Assembly: GCA_034226945.1 (NCBI GenBank)
Contig: CP120454.1
Location: forward strand, 1,426,001-1,490,000
DNA length: 64,000 nucleotides
From: Picochlorum sp. SENEW3
Lineage: Eukaryota
Direction of reading: 5' to 3'
Shown one piece after another: positions 1-11,018 of the stretch. Numbering within the stretch: position 1 is the stretch's first letter; each line of letters begins with the position of its first letter. The notes below the pieces were generated by a model. That model was given only the letters and a program-made list of their open reading frames with translations. It did not search any database and was not told the origin of the DNA. The translations under genes and the position numbers were made by a program.

Positions 1-602
1 GGACTGGTTTGTTTTCAGAGATGACGTTGTTTGCATCCGAGTGGATTATTTCCTGTGTATTGGATTCTATGAGAATATTGGCACGAGATAATGTTGGAAG
101 GAAGACGCAGAGGGTGGCTGTGAGGTGTGGCATGCATGGTGCTCGCTGTGTGTCCTTGTGGTTGGCTGTGTGTCTTGGGAACGGTATGGGAGCGAGCGCT
201 CCTCGACTGCAGCCAGTCTGCATGCTGGCGTGTGCGAACGTGTCATCATTCTTAGTGAACATGTTTTACGCGTCTCTGACAGCTCGCGTTGAAGATGCAG
301 TGTTCAGCAAAGATGATGATGGTTCAGATGATGATGCTGGAGAAGACGGACAGAATGATGAGCAACCTTATTCTCCTCCTGCTGCAGCTTCCTCTTCGAG
401 AGATATGTCTCAATATGGCCCCGAGTCTCCTGATATGACTCCTATGCCGACCCAGGAGATTGACAAGTCCGTCATGATGGATGGGGATGAAGGTCAGACT
501 GCAACACCACGTGATGATGGGCCATCTGCTGCTTCAGTGACACACGTTGTCTCGTCGAGAGGACCCAGACTGCCGCCACGGCGACGTCTTGTTAAGAAAT
601 GA
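1..602 (+). CDS. 3' end of an unidentified protein with an acidic, S/P-rich disordered tail (partial)
   Basis: The frame is open from the window edge to TGA at 602. A probable in-frame 99-nt intron lies at 184-282 (G|gtatgg...ctgacag|CT). The C-terminal basic patch PPRRRLVKK resembles an NLS. No family recognised. Confidence 0.5.
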   Translation, partial: TGLFSEMTLFASEWIISCVLDSMRILARDNVGRKTQRVAVRCGMHGARCVSLWLAVCLGNGMGASAPRLQPVCMLACANVSSFLVNMFYASLTARVEDAVFSKDDDGSDDDAGEDGQNDEQPYSPPAAASSSRDMSQYGPESPDMTPMPTQEIDKSVMMDGDEGQTATPRDDGPSAASVTHVVSSRGPRLPPRRRLVKK

Positions 603-615
603 TTATTACATGCCA

Positions 616-3447
616 TTATATATCTGATGGAAGACCGCCCAGAAAATATCCCTGGTGGGCCTTTGCTCTAGACAGAATGAACTCAAATGATGGAATCCCC
701 TTGCTCAGACTGTGAATGTTTCCTACAAGGAGGAGATGATGTTTGGCTCTAGTCAGGGCGACATTCAGTCTACATGCATCTGATGCAAATGAGGATGGCT
801 TGGAGGTGGCCGTGGACAAGATGATAATGTCCTTCTCAGCACCCTGAAATGAGTCTACAGTGGCAATGTGAATGCCGTCAGCTTGGATGTGTGACACAGC
901 CCTCACCAGGGCGTCCACGTGGGCCTTATAAAATGCAATTACTCCTATAAAGTCTGGAGGAATACCGTGTCCTAGTAATTTCTGTATTATAGTTGCCACT
1001 GCCCGTGCTTCCATATCATTGTAAATACTGCGGTGGGAATAGCTTTCCTGGCCCAACATGATATCAACAACAGACACAGCTGGCAGAATCTTTGCCAGGG
1101 GTGGCCGTTGCTCAGGTGTTATTCCATCTAAGAGTTTATTCTCATAGAAGAATTTATTGGATACGCATGCAATGTCTGGATGGCATCGATACTGTGTTCT
1201 CAATAGATGGGGGATGTGGCCCAAATCAGTCAGCCTGACAAATAATGGCCTGGCAACACTGTGACCTTCGCGCACGTGTTCTGGTGAACAGACCACAGGA
1301 GGCAGCTGATTTGGATCACCTGCAGCAATAACATACTTGCATTTGGATCGAATAATGGGCGCCAAGGATAAGGGTTCCGTTAGCTGAGATGCCTCATCAA
1401 GGATGAGGATATCAAATGTTTGGTCTTCGAGGATTGACAGAGCTGTCGAAACGCATGTCACGCCTACGATGGGACAAGTTTTCAGCATCTTTTTTCTTTT
1501 CCGATCCGATCCGCGCTCTGCTTCTGCAATTTCAGCCTGAAGTTTCCTGAGAACTTGCCCAGATGCAGCCTTGGCCATTTCCTTGAGCTCTCCTAATGCT
1601 GTGTTGTGAGACTTAGATTCTGATGCGTGAATGGAGTACTCCAGTATCTCGTGATGTATTTTTTTAAGTGCACCCACTCGAAGGAAATCAGAGACACCAC
1701 TGCGCATGAGCCCGATCAGCACTCTGTCCACAGCAATATTGGTGTGCGAACACACAAGAACCCTAGCATTTGACAGACCACCCGTCGACTCCTTCGAACG
1801 CCTGAGCGCAAGAATTAAATGTAATATTGAAACCATAAGCTGACTTTTACCGCTCCCAAATGGTCCATGCACTAAGCAGATGGGCTGGTATGTTGGCTGC
1901 CTATGCCACCTGGCTACATGGCTGAGCACCTCCAGTTGGTGCGTGTTCAGATTAAATGTCGTGCTCACCTGCTTGAACTCTTCCATTGCACCCTCAGACT
2001 CTTCACTATCTGTCACATCTGATCTATTCAATTGCAGCAGATGTGACACCATTGGTGCTGTCATAGACTGGTGATCGCCCAACAGGGATAGCAAGCCAAG
2101 TTCAATACTTGCCTCTGGTCCTTGAATGGCATACACTCTGGCAGATTTACCCATCTGGAGTGGTCTCCTCGATATAAACTCCACCTCAAATCTACATGTA
2201 CAGAAAATAGTCAGCCTTCATCCATATAATTAAAAAACTTCATGCAACATGAAAACATACTTTCCATCCTTATTTGGACCATGCCACACAGATTTTACAA
2301 AACACGTCCACACACTCTGACCCTTTTTGAATCCAAACGCGGGGGAATTGGACAATATCCATACATCTGATTTATGATACGATGAAGCTTTTCCTCTGAA
2401 TTCACCGAGAATCAAATACACCTGCTCCTTCTTTGTTTCTTGTTCGCTGCAATCCTCTTCTTCCTCTTCATGCGCACGCCGTTTATTCTTTTTCGTCCTT
2501 GAAAAATACTCTTTATTATTATTGCTGTTTCTATATATTTTGATCTGGCATTCTCCATGATATGGGATTCTGGCCTTGCGACACAGGGTGTCCACTTCTG
2601 CATGACCCAGCATGTTTGAACTACTTGAAAAGGCATCATACAGGTCTGTAAACGTGTTTGCAATCATTTTCAAAAACACTTCCTCAATCATGGATTTCTT
2701 CATGACATCCATATACTCAAGCGCTGAGGCGAACGCCGTGGGAACCTGAACATGCCTCACTGGATGCTTCACCTGCTCGACAGTAGGGCAGACGAGATTG
2801 CAGTCGCCCTGCATGCAATCCATACTAGCATTCTTTACAGGTGACGCATGAGCACCTTTCATGCCAAAATTGCTATTATTGCTGCTCTTCAAAATCTTCT
2901 TCACGGGCTTTTTCCACGTCGTCTCATGCACCACACTGCCCAGCTTTTCTACAGATGCATCCTCTTTGCAAAGGACATGTTCCTTCTTCTCTTTCGTCTC
3001 CTCCACCATTTTAGACGTATCTGGTAGACCATGATCAACTTTCTTTACTGGAATCCCTAAAATCTCCAGCAGCTCCGAAGGTGTTCTTTTCCTTCTCGTT
3101 GTACTAGGCTCTACACGGTCATCCCTTGTGATGAGCGTCCGCGCATTCACCAGTCCGGAGCTCACCTTTGCACGCTGCTGTACATCTTGATCCTGACACA
3201 CATCATCCACTTGGACCAGATACGCTACCTTTCCATCCGTGGACATCACAAATGCCTCCCCTCCTCCCCTATCCAAGCTCACGTCAGTAGGCAGACTATC
3301 AATCCAAGCGAGCGTCTTCTTCCCCTCCTCATCCATCAACCGACCCCTTCTCGTAGTTTTATCGACAATTAATTTCCCATCGATCCATTTCTTGTTCCTC
3401 TTTTTCCGCACGTCTTTTGTAAACGTCACCACCAGTTCAACCGACAT
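616..3447 (-). CDS. ZGRF1: ZGRF1/Mte1-like protein: N-terminal DUF2439 plus C-terminal SF1 (DNA2/NAM7-type) helicase
   Basis: The N-terminus VTFTKDVRKKRNKKWIDGKL resembles DUF2439. Helicase motifs are HGPFGSGKS, CSHTNIAVD, LILDEASQ, GDPNQLPP, QYRCHP, TVDSFQGAE and LNVALTRAK. A 69-nt intron at 2260-2192 (gtatgt...tgtag) joins the two ORFs in frame. Confidence 0.85.
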
Positions 3448-3755
3448 GGCCGTTGTGGTTAAATAAATCGCCTTCCACAACCACACGGGATCAAAAACCT
3501 ACCATTGGACATATAGTACACGTAGAAATTCGTCTCATAATAGATTTGGCTTGAATCCTGCTTCTATCGAGCCAAGGAGTATGTTTGAATTCGTCTTAAT
3601 TGTCTATTAAGGAATACATGACTGCGTGCATGGATCTGTGCCTACAGAGCACCTCAGTGCATGCATTATTTCCTCAATTTTTTTAATGATATGAAGTTCA
3701 TGTCAGAATTCTTGCGGTGAGGACTGAAGGCCTGGTTGAAAGGACATGCATTACC

Positions 3756-5420
3756 ATGCCACGTTTTAGTCTCGCTTGTGAAACGATGAGGCCATTTTGC
3801 GAATCTGTCCTTCATATGAAGCATAGATGTACCCATATTTGTTACAATGGCGTAGGGTTGCTGGGGAATAGAGGTGAATGTATGCAGTCTCACATATTTA
3901 GGACACCTGGTGTGTCTACCCACACTGTGTCCATGCATGGGCGGGTCCATGCATTAGAAAATACTGATACCCTATCTGATACGTACGATAGCAATTCTGA
4001 TGGCGATGAATATCAAGCTGATGGGGATACAATCGTTGCTATTGTGACTGGGGGACAGCAGGGTGCTGTGAGTATTGTGCGTGTGAGTGGGGAGGAGGCT
4101 GTGGAGACAATTGGTCGCATCTTTGTGGCCGCAGGGTCGGACAAGAAATGGAAACCAGAGTCCCATAGAGTGTATTATGGCCATGTGGTTGATAAGGGTG
4201 CAATTATAGATGAAGTGTTGGTGATTGTGATGCTTGGTCCAAGATCATATACAGCAGAGGATGTGGTAGAGATTCACACGCACGGCGGAGGGATTTGTGC
4301 CCAACGGGTTCTGCAATGTTGTCTTGAGCAGGGAGCTAGGTTAGCGAGTCCGGGAGAATTTACTCTCAGGGCGTATTTGAATGGGAGATTGGATCTTTCT
4401 CAGGCTGAGAGTGTGGCAAGTTTGGTGTCTGCCAGGACTGCAGCTGCTGCAGATTGCGCATTAGCTGGATTATCCGGGGGATTAGGGGACGAGATAACTG
4501 ATATTAGAAATGAATGTTTGTCTTTGGTTTCTGAAATAGATGCGCATATCGATTTTGATGATGATTTGCCTCCGTTGGACTGTGATGGTGTGTCGGAGAG
4601 GGTTGGGCTGGTTCTGGATCAAGTCGAGAGGGCCTTGTCGACGGCCAAGCAGGGCAGGCTCTTGTCGTCTGGAATTCAAGTAGTACTTGTTGGGCAGCCA
4701 AATGTTGGTAAGAGTAGTCTTTTGAATGCATTATCTGGGTATGAAAAGGCAATTGTGACAGATGTTGCTGGAACAACCAGGGATATTGTGGAAGCTGATG
4801 TTATCATTGGTGGAATCCCTGTCACATTGTTGGATACCGCTGGACTCAGAGATACAAAAGATAAAGTAGAGATGATTGGGGTGGAGCGCACCAGGGCTGC
4901 ATCGCAAGCAGCTGATGTCTTGCTCCATGTTGTTGATGCATCCTGTGGATGGACAGCAGAAGATGAAGCCATTCTGAAGGGGGTCGTTGGAGACGACGGC
5001 CAATCGTTTGTGCCGCCGATGATGCTACTTGTAAATAAAGTAGATCTTGTGGAGGAGGATCGTGTGGACAGGTTGATCCCGAAAGATGTGAGGAAATACT
5101 TTTCTCGGACTGTGTCAACATCGGCAAGCACTGGCAGCGGCATGGCTGCCTTACATGATGGCTTGCTCGAGTTGGTGGGTGCTCCAACCATGTCTCCAGG
5201 TGGAGTATCCTGGGCAGTGAATGATAGACAAGCTGAAGCGTTGACACGAGCCTATGATTCATTGGTTCAGGCGCAAGATAGTATTGAGAGCCAACTCCCT
5301 TTGGATTTCTGGACAATTGATCTCCGATCTGCCTTGCTCTCCTTGGGAGAAATTTGTGGAGCAGAAGTCACTGAAGAAGTTTTGGATGATGTTTTCTCTA
5401 GATTCTGTATCGGAAAATAG
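3756..5420 (+). CDS. mnmE: tRNA modification GTPase MnmE/TrmE, organellar
   Basis: Motifs DTIVAI, PRSYTAEDVVEIHTHGG, GEFTLRAYLNGRLDLSQAE, GQPNVGKSS, GTTRD, DTAGLR, NKVD and C-terminal FCIGK. The N-terminal extension resembles a transit peptide. Confidence 0.95.
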   Translation: MPRFSLACETMRPFCESVLHMKHRCTHICYNGVGLLGNRGECMQSHIFRTPGVSTHTVSMHGRVHALENTDTLSDTYDSNSDGDEYQADGDTIVAIVTGGQQGAVSIVRVSGEEAVETIGRIFVAAGSDKKWKPESHRVYYGHVVDKGAIIDEVLVIVMLGPRSYTAEDVVEIHTHGGGICAQRVLQCCLEQGARLASPGEFTLRAYLNGRLDLSQAESVASLVSARTAAAADCALAGLSGGLGDEITDIRNECLSLVSEIDAHIDFDDDLPPLDCDGVSERVGLVLDQVERALSTAKQGRLLSSGIQVVLVGQPNVGKSSLLNALSGYEKAIVTDVAGTTRDIVEADVIIGGIPVTLLDTAGLRDTKDKVEMIGVERTRAASQAADVLLHVVDASCGWTAEDEAILKGVVGDDGQSFVPPMMLLVNKVDLVEEDRVDRLIPKDVRKYFSRTVSTSASTGSGMAALHDGLLELVGAPTMSPGGVSWAVNDRQAEALTRAYDSLVQAQDSIESQLPLDFWTIDLRSALLSLGEICGAEVTEEVLDDVFSRFCIGK

Positions 5421-5593
5421 CACGTAGAGTGATTGATGGGGTCGCAGTTGTCCATTTCTCTTGGTGATTTTATTGGATGGCCCAATTTCTGAATCAAGCC
5501 GAGTATACGCGGCGGGGAGATATCAATACATTCCGGTGTAAACATTCTATTTTACTTTTGAATACCAATGATAATATTCTTGGGACCATTGTG

Positions 5594-6481
5594 ATGTGGC
5601 ACTTGTTTTCTATGCGCATTTTCAGCGTGTCATGCCTCCTCTCTTCTCTGCAACCAGTTGCTGGGATGCTAGATATCAAGCTCGATCCACGTGCGCAGTC
5701 TAGACATCTGCAACAGTACGAAGGGACTGCTTCCAACGTCCCACTATTCAATGGAGGTGAGGGATACGTCAGGGGACCAGTGGATCCTGGTGTCCTTGAA
5801 GTGCCAGAGCCATGTCTGACAATTGGTGAGGTCCTAGATTTAATACCAGATGCTTCCATATGGAAGCAGCTGCTGATAGATGCGGGCATGAAGATTGTTC
5901 TGCTAAATGATCAAAAAGTGCAGACAACGCTGCTGGTGCCAAAAAATGATGCTTTCTTCAAGCCTCTCGAGGATGCAACATATGGAGCAGACATGTTTGA
6001 ATTGATCAATGCAAGGCCAGACATTATCAATTCTCTCGTGGGAGCCAGTGTTTTGAAAGGGCTGTACCCATCCAATGCATTAGCTCCTGGCGAGATCTTA
6101 CCGACAAGCAATACGATCGACAAGGTAAATCCTCTGACTCTTGAGGTTGTCGGATCACCAGAGGGTCTCCGGATTCAAGCACAGGGCAGCTCTGCCCTGA
6201 TGGTTACGCAGAATATTGCTGCTTGTGGGCCTTCAGTCATTCATCTGTTAGATACAGTTTTGCTTCCTTTTCGATTCGATGATGAACCTCGTGATGCGGT
6301 TACAGGAACTCATTTTGGTGCTACGGCGCAAAATGGAGTGCAGCCACCCCCTATAGAGCAGCAGCCACCGCCAGTGCAGCCACCACCTATGGAACCGCAG
6401 CAACCATTCCGGCCAGTAGAAGATCAAGTACCCAGTTCGAGCTTCTTTGGGAGGTTGCCGTTTGGGCAATTTTTTGGCTGA
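5594..6481 (+). CDS. Secreted fasciclin (FAS1) domain protein with P/Q-rich tail, paralog A
   Basis: Signal-peptide-like N-terminus. FAS1 H1 motif TTLLVPKNDAF and H2 motif ACGPSVIHLLDTVLLP. Start codon uncertain (5477, 5594 or 5612). Confidence 0.8.
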   Translation: MWHLFSMRIFSVSCLLSSLQPVAGMLDIKLDPRAQSRHLQQYEGTASNVPLFNGGEGYVRGPVDPGVLEVPEPCLTIGEVLDLIPDASIWKQLLIDAGMKIVLLNDQKVQTTLLVPKNDAFFKPLEDATYGADMFELINARPDIINSLVGASVLKGLYPSNALAPGEILPTSNTIDKVNPLTLEVVGSPEGLRIQAQGSSALMVTQNIAACGPSVIHLLDTVLLPFRFDDEPRDAVTGTHFGATAQNGVQPPPIEQQPPPVQPPPMEPQQPFRPVEDQVPSSSFFGRLPFGQFFG

Positions 6482-6697
6482 TTCAAAATTTTCATAGGAA
6501 ATCCATCATCTCCTCAACCATGATTGTCCCAAGTTGAGGGTCTTCTTGGACTGTACAACAGAGGCACAGCCAGTACATTTCTACGTCAATCAAGTAATAT
6601 ATAGAGAGAGTAGATTAGAATACCATCCCCTATTGAATCGTGAATATTTCATGTAATTTATAAAACGGTGTTCCTGCGACATTGTTCCGTCTTTGGG

Positions 6698-7613
6698 ATG
6701 CCCTCTCAAGTCAGCATGATTGGCTGCAAGCACATACAGGCCGCAGTGTTGCTCTCAATCGTGTTTCTGTCTGATCAAATAGGTAGAACATGTGCCTCCT
6801 ATAGAAGTTTGAAACGAGATTTGGATTTTGTGCCAGGACCATCGTCCTCTGAAGGGGTCACAATCTTGGCCAGTGTGTATTATCCACCGCCACCCAGTGA
6901 AATTCCAACCAAGCCAGAGCTGCCCATAAAGAACATTCCACGCTATAATAGGACAGAATGGTATACACAAGGGCCTGTAAAGCCATCCAATATCAAGAAA
7001 AGTGCTCCCTCTGGAGAATGCATGACAGTAGGAGACGTTTTAAAAGCAATCGGGGCAGACAAATGGTACGACATCCTGGCAGATACAGGACTCAAATCGT
7101 CCGTACTTGATGACCCAAAAGTCCAAACGACACTTTTGGTTCCACTCGACTATACATTTTTTAGAGAAATAGACGCAACACCCCTCCGAAATGAATCCAC
7201 GATGGATGAGCTCGTCTTCTATGCTCCTGAGATTCAGAGACCTCTTGCAGGAGCAAGCATTTTAAAGGTACAGAGTATCTGCAAAAACTTTTATGAGAGA
7301 CATGCGTGTAGTCATGGATAGATACTTACAAGAATGTATATCTGTACAGGGATTGTGGCCAACGGACTCACTGGGCACCTCTATGAAAGTTCCGACCAGC
7401 AACACCATGGACAAGGTGACTCCTCTCTACATCATCGTGGAAGAGGACAAAGTACTACAGGCACAGAATGGTAACGCTGTAAACATTTTGCAGGGTGACA
7501 TAGCAGCGTGTGGTCCGTCCATCATTCATATTGTGGATGACATTGTCCTCCCCTTTAGATTCGATCAGAAACCTGTGGATGCGGTATCAGGGACTCAGTC
7601 AGTTAAACCGTAA
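6698..7613 (+). CDS. Secreted fasciclin (FAS1) domain protein, paralog B
   Basis: Clear paralog of the upstream gene (DPKVQTTLLVP, GASILKGLWP, PTSNTMDKVTPL, ACGPSIIHIVDDIVLPFRFD). An 82-nt intron at 7268-7349 joins the two ORFs in frame. Confidence 0.8.
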
Positions 7614-7653
7614 TCAGAATAGTCATGTCATTGTCATCAAGTCAAATATAAAT

Positions 7654-8408
7654 TTAAGCATCCTTTTTGGAATCTAAGGACTTGAGCGCGTCCATAATAC
7701 CACCAGGGACTGCAGGTGGGGGCGATTCCCCTCGCCCTGGTGACACGAGAACATTTCCTTGTGGGCTCTTCCTCGGAGATAGGAACGTGTTGGGGCGCGA
7801 TGTCACCTCTTTCGACACAGAAACATCTCTCGTTGTGTCAATAGTCCCCGTGCAGTCGCTCGTTTCAAACTCCGCCAGCCTCTCCTCCAGTCTTAACCGT
7901 GTCGCCATCTCTCTATAAAACATGGCAAGCACAGTCCACATCGTGAATGCAAATGCGCTCAGCCATAGGTTCCTTTCCGCTCTCCATCTTTTATTCAATC
8001 TAACTGTATCATACATTGGATTCATGGATGGACCCTCACCCATACTGTTTTCTTGATCCTGAAGACGTTGCAACACACGGCCAGTAGAAATGAGGCTCAG
8101 GCCAAGAATAACCAGCATGACATGCAGCAATTTGAAAGCACCAAGCAGGGGAACTTCAAACACTCTTGCTACAATACTAACAGCACTCTTCTTGAACGGT
8201 CTGCATTGAATAATCACCACACAGGTAGAAGATCACTGAGACTGAAGAAAGCTGAGCCGTCTATGCAGAACACAGCCTACTCATGCATTCCTACAAATAC
8301 CAATTCGATAGAATAAACCTACTTTGGAACAGGTAAATTGAGTAACAATAGCAGCCCCAAGGGCGCCGGAAGTGCAAACGTGGCAATAAACTGCCAAATC
8401 GTTGACAT
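7654..8408 (-). CDS. BAP31/Bap29-family ER membrane protein
   Basis: Exon 1 (8408-8323) encodes MSTIWQFIATFALPAPLGLLLLLNLPVP, followed by intron 8322-8201. Family motif RAERNLWLSAF, three hydrophobic segments, and a C-terminal KKxx ER-retrieval signal (KKDA). Confidence 0.8.
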
Positions 8409-8851
8409 TGTATTCCTTGTCCACCACTACCACCAAACCATGTATTGCAATGGTTTTCTTTATTTTAAAATATTTTTTCTTGCCTTTGTAGTTGCTATTT
8501 TCTCTCTCTGAAGTATTGTGAGTCATCCTGTGCCGTTGGATGCGAAATTCAAACATCGCTCGGTCGTCTAGATATTTGATGGGAACATACGCTGTCTATG
8601 AAGGTTTTGTTGATTTTCAACAATGATTTTCAACAATGTGTCTTTGTGACCGCTACGTGCAATATGCAGCCCCATCTTCTATAACAATTAAATTCATTTC
8701 ATCCTCTGATACATATTCTAGGGGAGAGGGGGTATTTCAAGCAAGAAAGAGAGTGTCCACTTTGTACACAATTTGAAACACACCCGTCACTGAGCGCGAG
8801 GTTGACTATACGACTCATCTCAGCGCCCCGTTTCTTTTTATTACTGTCAAA

Positions 8852-9850
8852 ATGATGGCTATGGAACGTTCTCGTCCTGCTCCAGTGGATCAGCGCGAGT
8901 CGGAGGAGGCAGCAGTTGGGGACGAGCGAGACCTTCGACGAAATCTCCATAAATTGTTGAACGATACAAAGGAGAGACAGCACGAGATTGCATCGTGCCC
9001 TTTCAAGCTTCGTCAGCAAATTCACGAAGCGAATGCTCTTATCACTCGAGTGAAAAAGCCCACGGATGCTTCTCTGGACTCTGAGGTGCTCAATTTACTA
9101 GCACATGGAGGTGTGGAGATTGTGAGGAAGGCTGCCCATGGGAGCATCAAGTACAATGTAGAGGACTATATTCGTCGTCTGAAGCACAAATACGTGGATG
9201 ATCCTGAGAACGTGGATGTCTCTGCCCATCCACATGCATTCAAGTGGGAGGAGATTGGGCGTGGCCAGTTTTCAGCATGGTTGCGCCCAGCTCCTGGAAC
9301 AACGCATATGCTCGGGCCAATGGATGCGGCACCGCCACCGAAGCGGACAGTAGTCAGGCAAAAGAAGAGGCGCGTGGTCGTGGGAGATGGTGTACGTCCT
9401 GACTTGTTGGATGAGGGGGACATTTTGCATGGTGATGCTGCCAGCAAGGAGACTGACAAGAATATGGAGCAGATGTGGAAGACTCTCGGGGAACAGCCGC
9501 AGTCGAAAGCGTTCATGGTTGAGCTGTGCCTGAATCATGATAGTTTCTCGCAGACGGTAGAAAATATCTTCTCTCTGTCCTTCTTGGTGAGAGATGGAAA
9601 AGTGTGCCTGAAAAAGCACCCAGAAGGTATTGTGGTGACCAAAGTATCGCAACCGAAACACAAGGATGGTCAAAAGAATAGCAAGGAACGATTGCAGTTC
9701 GTAATGTCACTGTCCATGCGGGAATGGAATGAATGGAGAAAAAGAGTGAGCAGGGAAAATACATTGATGCCACTCCGAGTGGAAGGAGATGCAGCAGCTG
9801 CTGCTCCAGGGCCATCATCTGCAGACAAGAGGGCAAAAGTGGCCGAATAA
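8852..9850 (+). CDS. NSE4: Smc5/6 kleisin subunit NSE4
   Basis: Nse4 C-terminal motif SFSQTVENIFSLSFLVRDGKV; also DASLDSE and MLGPM. Confidence 0.88.
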   Translation: MMAMERSRPAPVDQRESEEAAVGDERDLRRNLHKLLNDTKERQHEIASCPFKLRQQIHEANALITRVKKPTDASLDSEVLNLLAHGGVEIVRKAAHGSIKYNVEDYIRRLKHKYVDDPENVDVSAHPHAFKWEEIGRGQFSAWLRPAPGTTHMLGPMDAAPPPKRTVVRQKKRRVVVGDGVRPDLLDEGDILHGDAASKETDKNMEQMWKTLGEQPQSKAFMVELCLNHDSFSQTVENIFSLSFLVRDGKVCLKKHPEGIVVTKVSQPKHKDGQKNSKERLQFVMSLSMREWNEWRKRVSRENTLMPLRVEGDAAAAAPGPSSADKRAKVAE

Positions 9851-9962
9851 TAATGACCATGTGTGATGCCCTAATTCAAAAAAAATAAATTGTAAAATTT
9901 TTAGACGGGTCATGATACAGTAACTCTAGTAAGGGAATTACCGTTGACACTATTTGGAAGAC

Positions 9963-10982
9963 ATGAAAGTTTTGGTCAAGAGAGCAGGGCAAAAGGGATA
10001 CGCGTCTGTCGACGTGGAAGCCCATGCCACTGTGGAGGATATTATGGCTCATATACTACGGGAATATTCAGTCAATTATGCTCGAAGGGTCTTCCGAGTG
10101 ACGAGCGCTGGAAATTCTTTAGATTGGTCCACTCCGCTTGCGGAGCAGGTGGCCCTCCGACCGTCCCAATCCCCTATTGTGGATATTCTTCCACGCGTAT
10201 GTGGTGGTGGAGGAGATGGGGGTTCCACGGGGGCAGAGGACAGGGCAGCATATTTGGCCATGTATGCTGGGAAGAAGCATGACAAGGTTGACCCAGCAGA
10301 GCAACGCTTGGCACAGTATACAACATGCCATATGTCTGGGAAGCCTTTACAGCCTCCTTGTGTGTGTGATGAGCTAGGAAATATCTATAACAAGGATGCT
10401 GTCTTGACGGGGCTACTATCAAAGACTGTTCCAAAGGGTCTGCCTCATATCACGTCTCGAAAGAGCGTGTTTGACGTGACTTTATATCCATTTGGTGATT
10501 CTAAAGGGAACGATAAAGATCATGTGATCAAGTATGGGTGTCCTGTGACGCAACTCCCACTGAATGGAAAGTATAGATTTGTGGTGGTCCGGCACACTGA
10601 GAGTGGCACGGGGCACATTGTTAGCGAAAAGGCGGTGAAAGAGATGGGTTTGGTTGTTGAGGAAACTATCGGAGGGCGATATGAAGATCCTTTACTCATA
10701 TACCCGCAAGGAGACGAGTTGGATGCCATGTTGGACATTGTGATGGAAAAGCACCAACAGCAGAAAAAGGACAAGGCTCTGAAAAAAACTAGAAAGAACA
10801 AGCATGCTCGTTCAGAAGCGGCAGCTGGCATGTCACATAGTAAAAAGTCAAAGGTGGAGGCGTTGAAACCAAAGGATGCGGATGCTGGCGTCTGGGCATC
10901 CTTGTTCACAAAGAAGAAGGATGTGGAGATTTCCAATACTACAAAGGATTACATGACTCGAGGAGGAGTGAAATATATCTGA
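9963..10982 (+). CDS. RTF2: Replication termination factor 2 with N-terminal ubiquitin-like extension
   Basis: Motifs GGDGGS, CHMSGKPL, DELGNIYNKDAVL, CPVTQLPLNGKYRF, GHIVSEKAVKE and WASLF. The first ~80 aa are UBL-like and end in RVCGG. Confidence 0.9.
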   Translation: MKVLVKRAGQKGYASVDVEAHATVEDIMAHILREYSVNYARRVFRVTSAGNSLDWSTPLAEQVALRPSQSPIVDILPRVCGGGGDGGSTGAEDRAAYLAMYAGKKHDKVDPAEQRLAQYTTCHMSGKPLQPPCVCDELGNIYNKDAVLTGLLSKTVPKGLPHITSRKSVFDVTLYPFGDSKGNDKDHVIKYGCPVTQLPLNGKYRFVVVRHTESGTGHIVSEKAVKEMGLVVEETIGGRYEDPLLIYPQGDELDAMLDIVMEKHQQQKKDKALKKTRKNKHARSEAAAGMSHSKKSKVEALKPKDADAGVWASLFTKKKDVEISNTTKDYMTRGGVKYI

Positions 10983-11018
10983 GATAATTTATCAGTAATA
11001 CAAATATACGCAATCCGT

